Source: a virus (lineage: Duplodnaviria; Caudoviricetes). From it: DNA of 64,000 nt. The stretch spans positions 1 through 64,000 of IMG/VR virus record IMGVR_UViG_2740891882_000003. One strand, 5' to 3'. Both the position numbers and the translations under genes were made by a program. The notes below the pieces were generated by a model that saw only the letters and a program-made list of their open reading frames with translations, did no database searches and was not told the origin of the DNA. Positions 42,592-51,013 of the stretch are shown one piece after another (the stretch's first letter is position 1; each line of letters starts with the position of its first letter).

Positions 42592-44695
42592 AAGGTCGGA
42601 CATTCCGGGCGGCAGTGATGTCGGTGAGGAGATAGCCGGGGGTGCGCTCCCCGTCCGGCCCGGTGACCCGCTTGACGTCCAGGTCGACCCCGAGGGCCTC
42701 GATCTCGTCCTTCAGGATCTTTCCGACGCGGGTGGTCCAGCCGCGGTCCGTCTCGCCGTCCTGCCGCCCGTACTTGGCGCTGTTCGTCGCAGCGAGCGCG
42801 GCGAACACTTCGGCGTTCGTCGCTCCCCCGCGGTCGGTGGATCGGGCGATCGCCTCCAGCCGCTCCAGGAGGGTGACGCGGACGATGCGCCCGTTGCCGC
42901 GCTCACCTCCCGCTGCCGACGAGACTCCGGTCCAGGCGATCAGCTTCTCCTCGATGGGGTCACGCCACTGGCCAGGAAGGCGGCCAGCCACCTTCCGCAG
43001 TTCGTAGGCGTCGGCAATGATCGGCGGCTTGTCATCGTCGTCGAGGAAGAAGCTGCGCAGGGACACGGTGCCGAGGTCGGGGGACTTGAACCAGAACCGG
43101 CCGGGCTGGTTAAGCGGGATGAGCGAGGCGTCGTAGCCCTGGCCGGCCATGCCGTCGCCGAGGATGGTGTTCGACGCCTGCGGGGATTCGGTGTTCATGG
43201 ATGCCCGCGAGATGAGGTTCTGCCGCAGACGGGCGGGTACGACATCAACCTCGGGTACCTGGGTGGCACACACCAGCAGCACGCCGAGGCTGGCGCCGAC
43301 GGCGGCGATCTGACACAGGCTCTCGATGATCTCGTCGCGGAAGGCGCTGGTGAACTTGGCGGTGTAGGTGGCGAGCTCGTCGATGTCGATCAGCTCGATG
43401 CCGCCGATCTCTTCGATCAGGTCCTCGGTGAGCTTGGACTTGCCGCGCTCGTCGAGGAAATCGGCCCTCCGGTCCATGTCCTCCAGGACGGCCCGCAGGA
43501 ACAGGGCGAGCCGCTCCGGGTTCTTCTTCACGAACGTGGACAGGATCCGGGCGGACGCGTTGTGCTCGCCGGATGCCTTGCCGTCGAAGAGGCGCAGGTT
43601 GACGCGGACGTCCTTGGCTGCGCCGAGGTTGAGGTTGGCGATGAACACGCCCTTGCCGCGGCGGGTCGCGCCACCGACGAGGATCATCGTGTCGCGGACG
43701 CGTAGCCACACGGTGTTGCCGCGCTTACCGAAGGCGATGGGAGCACCCTCGTTCCACAAGTCGAGCGCGCCCTTGTGACCAATGAGTGGGGACAGGTGGG
43801 CGCTGGCGAACGGGTCTTCGCTGGCCACCCAGATCTGCAGCAGCGTCTCCACGTTGCCGACAGACAGGTCGAGCCAGTCGGAGTGCACGCCGAGCGCGGC
43901 GGCGATCTGCTGCTTCTTGCCGACGGCCACGGCCGCAGGGATGCCGGACGGAGTGTGGACGGCGTAGGCGATGCCGGGGCCTTCCTGGTGGGGGATGCCG
44001 ACGCCGCGGATTTCCTCGCCGCGCTTCTCCGGGACCGCGCCGGCTTCGACGAGAACGCGCCGCATCGTCTCCTCACCGAGATGCGAGGTGCGGGTGGGGG
44101 CCTGGATCGGAGCCACGGCGGGCTCGTCGGGGCGGCCGTGCCAGGCGCCGGTGAAGAGAAGGGCCAGGGCGAGGATGAGCTGCACCCACCAGCTGCCCAT
44201 GGTCACGGCGGCCGTGGTGCCGCCGACGACGATCAGTCCGCTGATGCCGGTGCGGATCCAGTGCTGCCGCTTGTGGGCCCGGTACTCCGCGCGCAGAACA
44301 CTACGGAGCGCGCGCGCCTTCGCCTCATCGGCGGCCCGGCTGGAACCCCGCGGCTGCGCCTTGGCCTCACGGATCATCTGCTTGGCGGTGGCGAGCTGCT
44401 GCCGGTAGTCGTCCTGCCGGGCCTCCCACCACCGCAGGCACAGCCGCCGGTAGCCGCGCACCGACCAGCCCAGGTAGTACGGCGAGTGCGTGGCGTGGAA
44501 GCGGATCGCATCGGCGGTGTTGTCCTTCGCGTACACGACCCACTGCCGCAGCTGCTCGCCGGACATCATCCAGGCGGGGCGCGGGCGCTTCTCGAACTCG
44601 AAGACGCGGGGCGCCGCGGGCTCCTTGGTGAGGGTGGCGGTCAGCTGCTCCCACTCCGGGTCCGGGGTGTTGCTCGGGGTCGTCTCGATGCTCAC
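42590..44695 (-). CDS. traB: TraB-like FtsK/SpoIIIE conjugative DNA translocase
   Basis: TM pair, Walker A GATRRGKG, FDGK, Walker B IDIDE, ATQ.P, C-terminal GY winged-helix-like end. Confidence 0.85.
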   Translation of the reverse strand: MSIETTPSNTPDPEWEQLTATLTKEPAAPRVFEFEKRPRPAWMMSGEQLRQWVVYAKDNTADAIRFHATHSPYYLGWSVRGYRRLCLRWWEARQDDYRQQLATAKQMIREAKAQPRGSSRAADEAKARALRSVLRAEYRAHKRQHWIRTGISGLIVVGGTTAAVTMGSWWVQLILALALLFTGAWHGRPDEPAVAPIQAPTRTSHLGEETMRRVLVEAGAVPEKRGEEIRGVGIPHQEGPGIAYAVHTPSGIPAAVAVGKKQQIAAALGVHSDWLDLSVGNVETLLQIWVASEDPFASAHLSPLIGHKGALDLWNEGAPIAFGKRGNTVWLRVRDTMILVGGATRRGKGVFIANLNLGAAKDVRVNLRLFDGKASGEHNASARILSTFVKKNPERLALFLRAVLEDMDRRADFLDERGKSKLTEDLIEEIGGIELIDIDELATYTAKFTSAFRDEIIESLCQIAAVGASLGVLLVCATQVPEVDVVPARLRQNLISRASMNTESPQASNTILGDGMAGQGYDASLIPLNQPGRFWFKSPDLGTVSLRSFFLDDDDKPPIIADAYELRKVAGRLPGQWRDPIEEKLIAWTGVSSAAGGERGNGRIVRVTLLERLEAIARSTDRGGATNAEVFAALAATNSAKYGRQDGETDRGWTTRVGKILKDEIEALGVDLDVKRVTGPDGERTPGYLLTDITAARNVRP

Positions 44696-45981
44696 TTCTG
44701 GTCCTTCTCGACTGTGCGCTCGATGCGCGCCTGGGTGCGGGCGAGGGGGCTCGGCGGGGGTGCGTCGCCGGGGCGGCGGACGGGCGGTGTGCCGCCGTTG
44801 TTGCGGCGTCCGTCGGGGGCGTCGGGGTCCTTCTTGGCGCGAGGGGGTCGCTGGGAATTGATCTGCGACAACGAGCCCAGAACGGGGGCGTCGGTGACGG
44901 TGCGCATGTGGGCCTGCGCGGCGCGCGACTGGGCTTCGATTTCGGCGCGGATTCCGACCGTCTTGCAGCCCGTCACGAGGAGCCACGACTCGGCCCAGAT
45001 CTGGTCGGTGACGAACCTGGAACCGCGGGCGGAGCGGATCGCGTCGGCGACCTCCCACACGTCGGGATGCTTCGCCTCACGGTCTGCATCCTTGCGGGCC
45101 TGCTCCTCCTCAGCCGCCTTCTCGCGAGCGGCCTTCTCGAACGCTGCCTTCTCGTCGGCGGCCGTCTTCTCGACTCGCGCCTTCTCGCGGGCGGCTTCCG
45201 CCTGGGTCTTGGCGCGCTCGGCCGCCCGACGCTCGCGGGCGGACGGGATGCCGTCGGCCTTCTGCGCGATGCCGTGCTCGTAGGCCATCAGCACGATCGG
45301 ACCGCCCAGCGAGGCGATGGCGCCGATCAGGCCGGCGTTGAGGCCGATCGCCGGATCCGTCATGCCGCCGTACAGGTTGACACCCGCAGCGATCGCGGCG
45401 CCGACCATGATGCCGACACGGTAGGGGCGGACATCACGCCGGTGGGCGACCGCCCACGCGGCACCAAAGGCGAGGACGAGCGCGAACCCTTCGAGCAGCG
45501 CCGGGGCGGCGATGAGGAACTTCCGGGCGGGGTCCCAGAAGTGCATGAACTGCACCGGCGCGGCGATGATCAGGCCGACCGCGTAAATGCTGCGCGCCCC
45601 CCACTTCCACCAGCGTTCCGAGCGCTGCTGCTCCTTGGCGCGCTGCTTCTCCTGCGCTTCCTGGTCGGCGGCAGCCTTCTCGGTCTTCTCCTCGTCGGCC
45701 TTCGACTTGGCGATCTCGGCGGCTTTCTTGGCAAGGTAGGCGTCGTGATCGACCTGCTTGCGTTCCAGGGCGATGCGGGCCCGCTCGTTGGTGAGGCGCT
45801 CCTTCTCGGCCTGTTCGGCGGCCAGGGTGCGGGCGGCGTCGGCCTCACCCGCAGCCTTGATCTTGATGGCTTCGGCTTCGGCGTCGGCGCGGGTCCGGAT
45901 CGCCTCCGCCTCGGCCAGGGCGCGCGGATCAAACCCGGGCGTGTGGCCGTTGAGCTTCTTCTCGACGGATGCGGCGGTCAC
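44692..45981 (-). CDS. SpdB2/DUF2637-like membrane protein with coiled coils
   Basis: Coiled coil, four TM segments (P.LLEG), coiled coil; coupled to traB. Confidence 0.7.
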   Translation of the reverse strand: MTAASVEKKLNGHTPGFDPRALAEAEAIRTRADAEAEAIKIKAAGEADAARTLAAEQAEKERLTNERARIALERKQVDHDAYLAKKAAEIAKSKADEEKTEKAAADQEAQEKQRAKEQQRSERWWKWGARSIYAVGLIIAAPVQFMHFWDPARKFLIAAPALLEGFALVLAFGAAWAVAHRRDVRPYRVGIMVGAAIAAGVNLYGGMTDPAIGLNAGLIGAIASLGGPIVLMAYEHGIAQKADGIPSARERRAAERAKTQAEAAREKARVEKTAADEKAAFEKAAREKAAEEEQARKDADREAKHPDVWEVADAIRSARGSRFVTDQIWAESWLLVTGCKTVGIRAEIEAQSRAAQAHMRTVTDAPVLGSLSQINSQRPPRAKKDPDAPDGRRNNGGTPPVRRPGDAPPPSPLARTQARIERTVEKDQK

Positions 45982-46003
45982 GGTGGATCAATCCCTTCAG
46001 AGT

Positions 46004-46210
46004 TCAGTGGCGGTTGTGCGAGTGGACGGGCCGGCGGCGGGCGGATGCGATGAGGGCGACGACGGCGGCGAGCAGCAGTACGGCTGGCTGGGCGAGGACG
46101 GTGAACGCCCCGGTCGCCGCGATGTTGATCGGGACCGCGGCGGCAGGCCACAGGCCGACGAGTAGGAGGTAGGCCCCGGCGAGCAGCCAGAGAATCGGGT
46201 GACGGCGCAT
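46004..46210 (-). CDS. small Spd-like membrane protein
   Basis: Two TM segments, VGLWP; upstream of the spdB-like gene. Confidence 0.65.
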   Translation of the reverse strand: MRRHPILWLLAGAYLLLVGLWPAAAVPINIAATGAFTVLAQPAVLLLAAVVALIASARRRPVHSHNRH

Positions 46211-46306
46211 GACGATCCCTCTCGGGGTTGATCGGATGGGGTGTGGTGCCGGGTCGGATCTCCAGGGCGGGCGTCCCGCGGGGGACGTCCGCCGAGGGCT
46301 ACCGGC

Positions 46307-46423
46307 TCAGCGCTCGTCGTCGTCGCTGGTGGGCGGCGTCGGGAGGGTCATGGGGAAGGTGACGGTGTAGTCGCCGTCGTCCTCGTAGTCGATCTCGCTG
46401 CCGGTGTTCGGGTTGGTGGCCAT
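46307..46423 (-). CDS. 38-aa acidic peptide
   Basis: GAGGA RBS; MATNPNTGSEIDYEDDGD. Confidence 0.45.
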   Translation of the reverse strand: MATNPNTGSEIDYEDDGDYTVTFPMTLPTPPTSDDDER

Positions 46424-46454
46424 GTCGGGTTCCTCTCGGGTCAGGTGGTGCTGG

Positions 46455-46634
46455 TCACCACCAGCTGGATTCCTTCTTGGGTTCGATCATGTGGGGCGGG
46501 TGGTTGCCGCCCATGTGGCTCAGGCAGGGCTGGCAGTCCTGGCCGGGTGCGAGGCTTCGGTGGATGTCGGGGTCGTAGGCGTGGGTCCAGCACTGGCGGC
46601 ACTGGCCCGGCGGCACCGGCTTACGGAGCGCCAT
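46455..46634 (-). CDS. small plasmid-type Cys/His protein (pRL2-8-like)
   Basis: PPGQCRQCW.HA...H..L...DC..C..HM. Confidence 0.65.
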   Translation of the reverse strand: MALRKPVPPGQCRQCWTHAYDPDIHRSLAPGQDCQPCLSHMGGNHPPHMIEPKKESSWW

Positions 46635-46786
46635 CAGCGGGCGTTGGCCTTGTGCTGGTCGCCCATCTGCTGGGCACTGTGACGGCTGTTGGTCACGTAG
46701 CCGGTTGCGCCGCACGAGCACCGGTACTGGTAGCCGCGGTTGCCGCGGCCGGGCCAGACGGAGACACGGTGGCTCTTGCCGAACAT
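46634..46786 (-). CDS. small Zn-binding protein
   Basis: H.V...Y.CSCG...H; coupled. Confidence 0.6.
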   Translation of the reverse strand: MFGKSHRVSVWPGRGNRGYQYRCSCGATGYVTNSRHSAQQMGDQHKANAR

Positions 46787-46797
46787 GCGGTGTCCTC

Positions 46798-46980
46798 TCA
46801 GCCGGTGATGGTGACGTTGGTGGCGGGCCGGTTCTGCCGGGCGAGCTCCTTGCCGATGGCGACCTGGGCGTCGCGCTTGCTGACGAACGGGTCGTCGATG
46901 GTGGCGGTTTCGGAGATCTCCTCCCGCGTGCCGGTCTTCAGGTTGGTGACGGTGGCGGTGAACTTGAACGTGCGGCCCAT
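46798..46980 (-). CDS. hypothetical protein
   Basis: GAGGGAG RBS; MGRTFKFTATVTN. Confidence 0.6.
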   Translation of the reverse strand: MGRTFKFTATVTNLKTGTREEISETATIDDPFVSKRDAQVAIGKELARQNRPATNVTITG

Positions 46981-47117
46981 GAGGGCTCCCTCGGATCGGT
47001 GGATGAAATCGGTGCTGGTGGTGCTGGGCGCCGCACCGTGGGTGCGGCGGCCGGCAGAACCAGAGCCGGGATGCTGTGGCACGGGCGGGGGAATCCCGCG
47101 CCACGGCAGTCGGGGGG

Positions 47118-47636
47118 TCAGGCGATGGTGTGGATGGGGGCGCGGCGGGCTTCGCGGACGGGCCCGACAGCGGGATTGAGGTGGGCGGCGAGGCGTTCCA
47201 GCTCGCAGGCCTGGGCCTCGCCTTCGTCCCACCGCGCGTGGTACTGCTCCAGGGCTGGAACCGGGAGCCGGGACAGGGATTCGTCGGTGCGGAACTTTTC
47301 GACGCGCCGCACACCCGGCGCCAGCATCTGCGCGGCATGCACGAGTTCGTGAATGACGGTCCTGTCGACCTCGGCCGGTTCGTCGAGGTGGGCTTGGGCG
47401 TTGACGACAGCGAGGACCCGATCCAGGCCGTACAGGGTGCAGCCGTACAGGACTGACCCGTGCGCCTCGCCCGCGAGGAGGCGAGTGAAGTAGCTGTCGG
47501 TGACGAGGAGTTCCACCCCGCGCAGGCGCACACCGAGTTCGTTCTCGACGAGGGCGGTGCTCTGCTCGGCGATGGCGCACACCCGGTCCAGGATCGGGCG
47601 GCGGGCCGGGCCGACGGCGTAGGTGTTGACCTGCAC
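47118..47636 (-). CDS. HExxH metallopeptidase-like protein
   Basis: TVIHELVHAAQ and downstream E.EA. Confidence 0.7.
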   Translation of the reverse strand: MQVNTYAVGPARRPILDRVCAIAEQSTALVENELGVRLRGVELLVTDSYFTRLLAGEAHGSVLYGCTLYGLDRVLAVVNAQAHLDEPAEVDRTVIHELVHAAQMLAPGVRRVEKFRTDESLSRLPVPALEQYHARWDEGEAQACELERLAAHLNPAVGPVREARRAPIHTIA

Positions 47637-47686
47637 GGGGGACTCCTCTCAGGATCGGATCAGGCTGCGGCGGATGAGGTACGGGG

Positions 47687-47866
47687 TCAGGGGGTGAAGC
47701 CGCGGTCGACGAAGCGGCGGTGCGATCGGCGGGTGAGGAAGCGAGCCATCCGCTCGGACCGCGCAGGGCGCTCCGGAGGGGCCAGAGACGCATCGGAGTC
47801 GCGCTGCTCGGGCGGGGTGCCGTAGTACGGGCCGAACACGCGGACGTCGATCCGGTCATCGGCCAT
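47687..47866 (-). CDS. hypothetical protein
   Basis: TGATG coupling; MADDRIDVRVFGPYY. Confidence 0.5.
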   Translation of the reverse strand: MADDRIDVRVFGPYYGTPPEQRDSDASLAPPERPARSERMARFLTRRSHRRFVDRGFTP

Positions 47867-48066
47867 CAGGCCACGTCCCCGAGGGCGGAGCCGTACAGCT
47901 CGTCGGTGAGCGACGGGGCGCCCTTGTTGGCCTTGTCGTAGGCCGCAGCCTCGGCCCGCAGCGCCTCCCGTGTCCGCGAACTACGGGCGGACAGGTAGCG
48001 GCGGATCAAACCCTCGCGGTACGCCGCATCGGACGACGGAGCGGAAGTAATCAAGGTCAGAGACAT
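47866..48066 (-). CDS. hypothetical protein
   Basis: EA..YD..N....SL.DEL pattern. Confidence 0.6.
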   Translation of the reverse strand: MSLTLITSAPSSDAAYREGLIRRYLSARSSRTREALRAEAAAYDKANKGAPSLTDELYGSALGDVA

Positions 48067-48172
48067 GGGGGTAGCCCTTCAGGATCAGCAAGTGGGTATG
48101 GGGGTGGTGCGGGATGGTGTGGCTGCGGGCGGAGACGGGGGTTGTCGATCCGCCCGCAGCCGGACTAGGGGG

Positions 48173-48325
48173 CTAGCGAGGCCGGGACTCGGAGCGCCGG
48201 TTGGCCTCAGCGACCTTGCGGGACAGGGCGTCGTGTCCGGCGTCGTCCAGGCGGAGGACGAAGCCTGGATGTCCGCCGCGGGGCCGCTGCGGCAGCGCGT
48301 CCTTCGTCTTCTCGTGCTCAGCCAC
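48173..48325 (-). CDS. hypothetical protein
   Basis: GTG overlaps the upstream stop. Confidence 0.45.
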   Translation of the reverse strand: MAEHEKTKDALPQRPRGGHPGFVLRLDDAGHDALSRKVAEANRRSESRPR

Positions 48326-48569
48326 GCTGCTCACCGCCGTCCACGACCACGAGGAACGCATCCGCGGCGAGATCCATGACGACCTCGGCGGGCAGGCCCT
48401 CACGGCGGCGCTCGGCGGCGAATTCCTCCGCCGGCCAACTACCACGCGGGGCAGACGCCGGGAACGACTCCAGGACGCGGCGGGACGGCTTGACCGGGCG
48501 GGACGTGCGGACCGGGCCCTGCGCCTCGAAGTGCGCGGCGCGGTCCGCGGGAGACAAGGTGGTCGTCAC
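48318..48569 (-). CDS. hypothetical protein
   Basis: WPAEEFA..RR.EG..AEVVMD...D.FLVV; coupled. Confidence 0.65.
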   Translation of the reverse strand: MTTTLSPADRAAHFEAQGPVRTSRPVKPSRRVLESFPASAPRGSWPAEEFAAERRREGLPAEVVMDLAADAFLVVVDGGEQRG

Positions 48570-48817
48570 CGGAACCACCGCCGCTTCGGCTTCGGCGGAG
48601 CCAGCAGCTCGCAGGCCCGGCTGTGGAAGTCCTCGTGCAGACGACCCCAGAACCAGAACAGCTCCGTCGTCGACGACTGCTTCGCCAACTCCAAAGCCTC
48701 CACAGCCAAGCGGGCAAACGCCTCAGCCTGCGACTGCGGGTCAGACGACTCCAGCGCCTCAGCCACCGGAGCGAGGAGCGTGATCGGGAACGTGGGGGTT
48801 GCGGCGGTGTCGGTCAT
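48566..48817 (-). CDS. hypothetical protein
   Basis: Coupled to excisionase-like gene. Confidence 0.55.
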   Translation of the reverse strand: MTDTAATPTFPITLLAPVAEALESSDPQSQAEAFARLAVEALELAKQSSTTELFWFWGRLHEDFHSRACELLAPPKPKRRWFR

Positions 48818-49032
48818 CAGGCCACCTCTCGATTCTGGAAGGTCTCGACGACTGACGCGGGGATGCGGATCGCGCCGCCGCGCACGCTGGCGCCGCAGGT
48901 GCAGGCGCGGCCGTATCGGATGGCCTCCAGCTCTCCGCTGTTGATCCACCGGTAGACGGTGGACGGATGCGTGCGGAGTGCGGTGGCGACCTCCTTGACG
49001 GTCAGCACGGGTTCAGCAACGACGGGATCCAC
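48817..49032 (-). CDS. excisionase-like HTH_17 DNA-binding protein
   Basis: LTVKEVA..L..H.STVYRWI.SG.L.A...IRIP. Confidence 0.85.
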   Translation of the reverse strand: MDPVVAEPVLTVKEVATALRTHPSTVYRWINSGELEAIRYGRACTCGASVRGGAIRIPASVVETFQNREVA

Positions 49033-49074
49033 GACCCCCTCCTCTCAGTCGGTGAGGCGAATACGAGGACCGTA

Positions 49075-49098
49075 CTGCCTTTCGTGAAAGGTAGCAAG
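49075..49098. promoter_or_regulatory. palindromic operator (Kor-box-like)
   Basis: CTGCCTTTC-GT-GAAAGGTAG; related copy at 50561-50584. Confidence 0.65.
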
Positions 49099-49184
49099 CT
49101 TCTCCGCACATGACTACTCCCCACCAGGTCACTTACTGTGAAGAGCGATAAGGTTCCCGAGCTGCGAGCAATGAGGGGTATGTC

Positions 49185-49730
49185 ATGGCGAGTGACGAGT
49201 GGGTCAGCGCATCAGCGCCATACGTGGCTCCACGTCACAACGGGGCGAGCGACGCATGGACCGAAGAGGCCACCAAGCGCGGCCAAAAAGGCGGCCAGAA
49301 ACTTACGTTCGCTGGCGAGATATCAGCCCCAGCAGCAGTAGCGGATGCCTTCGGGCTCAACGAAGGCGACTCCACGATCGTGCGGCGGCGCGTCATCACG
49401 CTGGACGACGAGCCGATCGAACTGACGGACACGTACTACCCGGTCGCCATCGCGGCGGGAACCCCGCTCGCCGAGCCTCGCAAGATCAAGGGGGGCGCCG
49501 TCACTCTCCTCGCCCAACTCGGCCACAGCCCGGACCGGATCCATGAAGACGTGAGCGCCCGTATGCCGAGCCAGGGCGAGCGAGACGCCTTGCGCCTGAG
49601 CAGTCGAGACCCAGTTCTCATACTGCGCCGCGTCACCACCGACACGGAGGGAGACCCCATTCAGGTCGACCTCATGACCATGCCCGCCAGAGGGCGGCAC
49701 CTCAACTACGAAATGCAGGTGAATCGATGA
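49185..49730 (+). CDS. UTRA-domain protein lacking HTH
   Basis: RRRV..LDDEP.EL.D.YYP..IA.GT.L, ARMP...E..L. Confidence 0.85.
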   Translation: MASDEWVSASAPYVAPRHNGASDAWTEEATKRGQKGGQKLTFAGEISAPAAVADAFGLNEGDSTIVRRRVITLDDEPIELTDTYYPVAIAAGTPLAEPRKIKGGAVTLLAQLGHSPDRIHEDVSARMPSQGERDALRLSSRDPVLILRRVTTDTEGDPIQVDLMTMPARGRHLNYEMQVNR

Positions 49731-50494
49731 CCCCTAAGGCGGCACCGGGAAGCCCCGACAGGCGCCCACTGCACGAGCGGATCGCGGCCGACCTCCGCGA
49801 GCAGATCATGTCCGGCGACATCGAGCCGGACGGCGACCTGCCATCGACCGAGCAACTGAAGGCTCGGTTCGACGCGTCAGGAGCCACCGTGCAGAAAGCG
49901 CTCGGCCTCCTTAAGGATGAGGGTCTTGCAATCGGCCGCGCTGGAGCGTCAGTCAAGGTGCGCGCGCACCGCCGCCAGGTCATGCACCCTGCCGCATACT
50001 CGGCACCGGCTGCCCCTGGCGAGACGTACCGATGGATCTCCGAGGCAGAGAACCGCGGGCAAGCCGGTAGGAGCACCCTCCGGGAGGTAGTCGAGGTCAT
50101 CCCGCCGGCCGACGTGCGAACTGCGCTGGGGCTGATCGAGGGCGAGAAGGCTCTGCTTCGCGAGCAGGTTCTATTCCTCGACGATGAGCCGTGCGAGCTG
50201 GTGAAGTCGTACTACCCGCTGGAGTTGGCGCGCGGTACGGCGATGATGCACAAGAAGAAGATCCGCGGCGGCACACCGGCACTGCTCGCCGAGGCCGGGT
50301 ACCTGCCGCGCCGAACCGTTGACAAGGTGTCGGCATGCATTGCAACGCAGGAGCAGTACGAGGCCCTACAGCTGCCGACCGATCTGCCGATCCTCCGGAC
50401 CTTCCGCATCGTGCTCAGCGACGACGACCGGGTAATCGAGGTGACCGAGATGGCGAAGGCGGGGCACCTCTACGAGCTGCAGTACGAGTACTGA
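49727..50494 (+). CDS. GntR/HutC family repressor (KorSA/TraR-like)
   Basis: N-terminal winged HTH plus UTRA; divergent from the transfer operon. Confidence 0.9.
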   Translation: MTPKAAPGSPDRRPLHERIAADLREQIMSGDIEPDGDLPSTEQLKARFDASGATVQKALGLLKDEGLAIGRAGASVKVRAHRRQVMHPAAYSAPAAPGETYRWISEAENRGQAGRSTLREVVEVIPPADVRTALGLIEGEKALLREQVLFLDDEPCELVKSYYPLELARGTAMMHKKKIRGGTPALLAEAGYLPRRTVDKVSACIATQEQYEALQLPTDLPILRTFRIVLSDDDRVIEVTEMAKAGHLYELQYEY

Positions 50495-50507
50495 GCAGCC
50501 CCGGGAC

Positions 50508-50538
50508 AGCCCCCGACGGTGATGGTCGGGGGCTTTTT
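50508..50538 (+). terminator. intrinsic terminator
   Basis: AGCCCCCGAC / GTCGGGGGCT followed by T run. Confidence 0.85.
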
Positions 50539-50560
50539 GGTGGCCACTTCAGTCGAGCAC

Positions 50561-50584
50561 CTTGCTACCTTTCGCGAATGGTTG
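50561..50584. promoter_or_regulatory. second Kor-box-like operator
   Basis: CTTGCTACCTTTC identical to the reverse complement of 49086-49098. Confidence 0.6.
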
Positions 50585-50732
50585 CTAGTGTCCGGTGACG
50601 TGAGCCACACGGCGCGTAGCCGACTGGAACACAAAGAACGGCCGAGGTGCGTCAACACCCCGGCCGTCGAAGTCATCAGCGGCGCCAACCGCTGACCAGC
50701 AACTCAACCCTTGCGAGATTGGAGCTCTGCCC

Positions 50733-51011
50733 ATGAGCGTAGCGCCTTCCCTCTCCCCCGCCCAAGTCCTCGACTCCCCCCTCAACGACCTGCTCACCGT
50801 GGCGGGCGTCGAACTCGTCGACAGCTCGATCACCGACCGGACGTTCTTCGGGGCCGTCGTCCAGCGCAAGGGCGGCGAGGTGCTTCTGACGATGCCGACC
50901 GGACGTAGCGAACTGGAGCACGACACTGTGGCGCGCTACCTCATTGCGCAGGCCTTCGACGTCGACCTGCCCGATCTGCCTCCGCCGTTCCTCACGACGG
51001 TTGAGGTCTGA
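50733..51011 (+). CDS. hypothetical protein
   Basis: GGAG RBS; SSITD..FFGA, MP.GR...E.D..AR.L. Confidence 0.7.
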   Translation: MSVAPSLSPAQVLDSPLNDLLTVAGVELVDSSITDRTFFGAVVQRKGGEVLLTMPTGRSELEHDTVARYLIAQAFDVDLPDLPPPFLTTVEV

Positions 51012-51013
51012 CC

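Noticed and set aside
46250-48170. Several GC-rich intergenic hairpins in the transfer operon as ncRNA genes
   Set aside because: No shared sequence motif seen; simpler explanations are terminators or mRNA stability elements.
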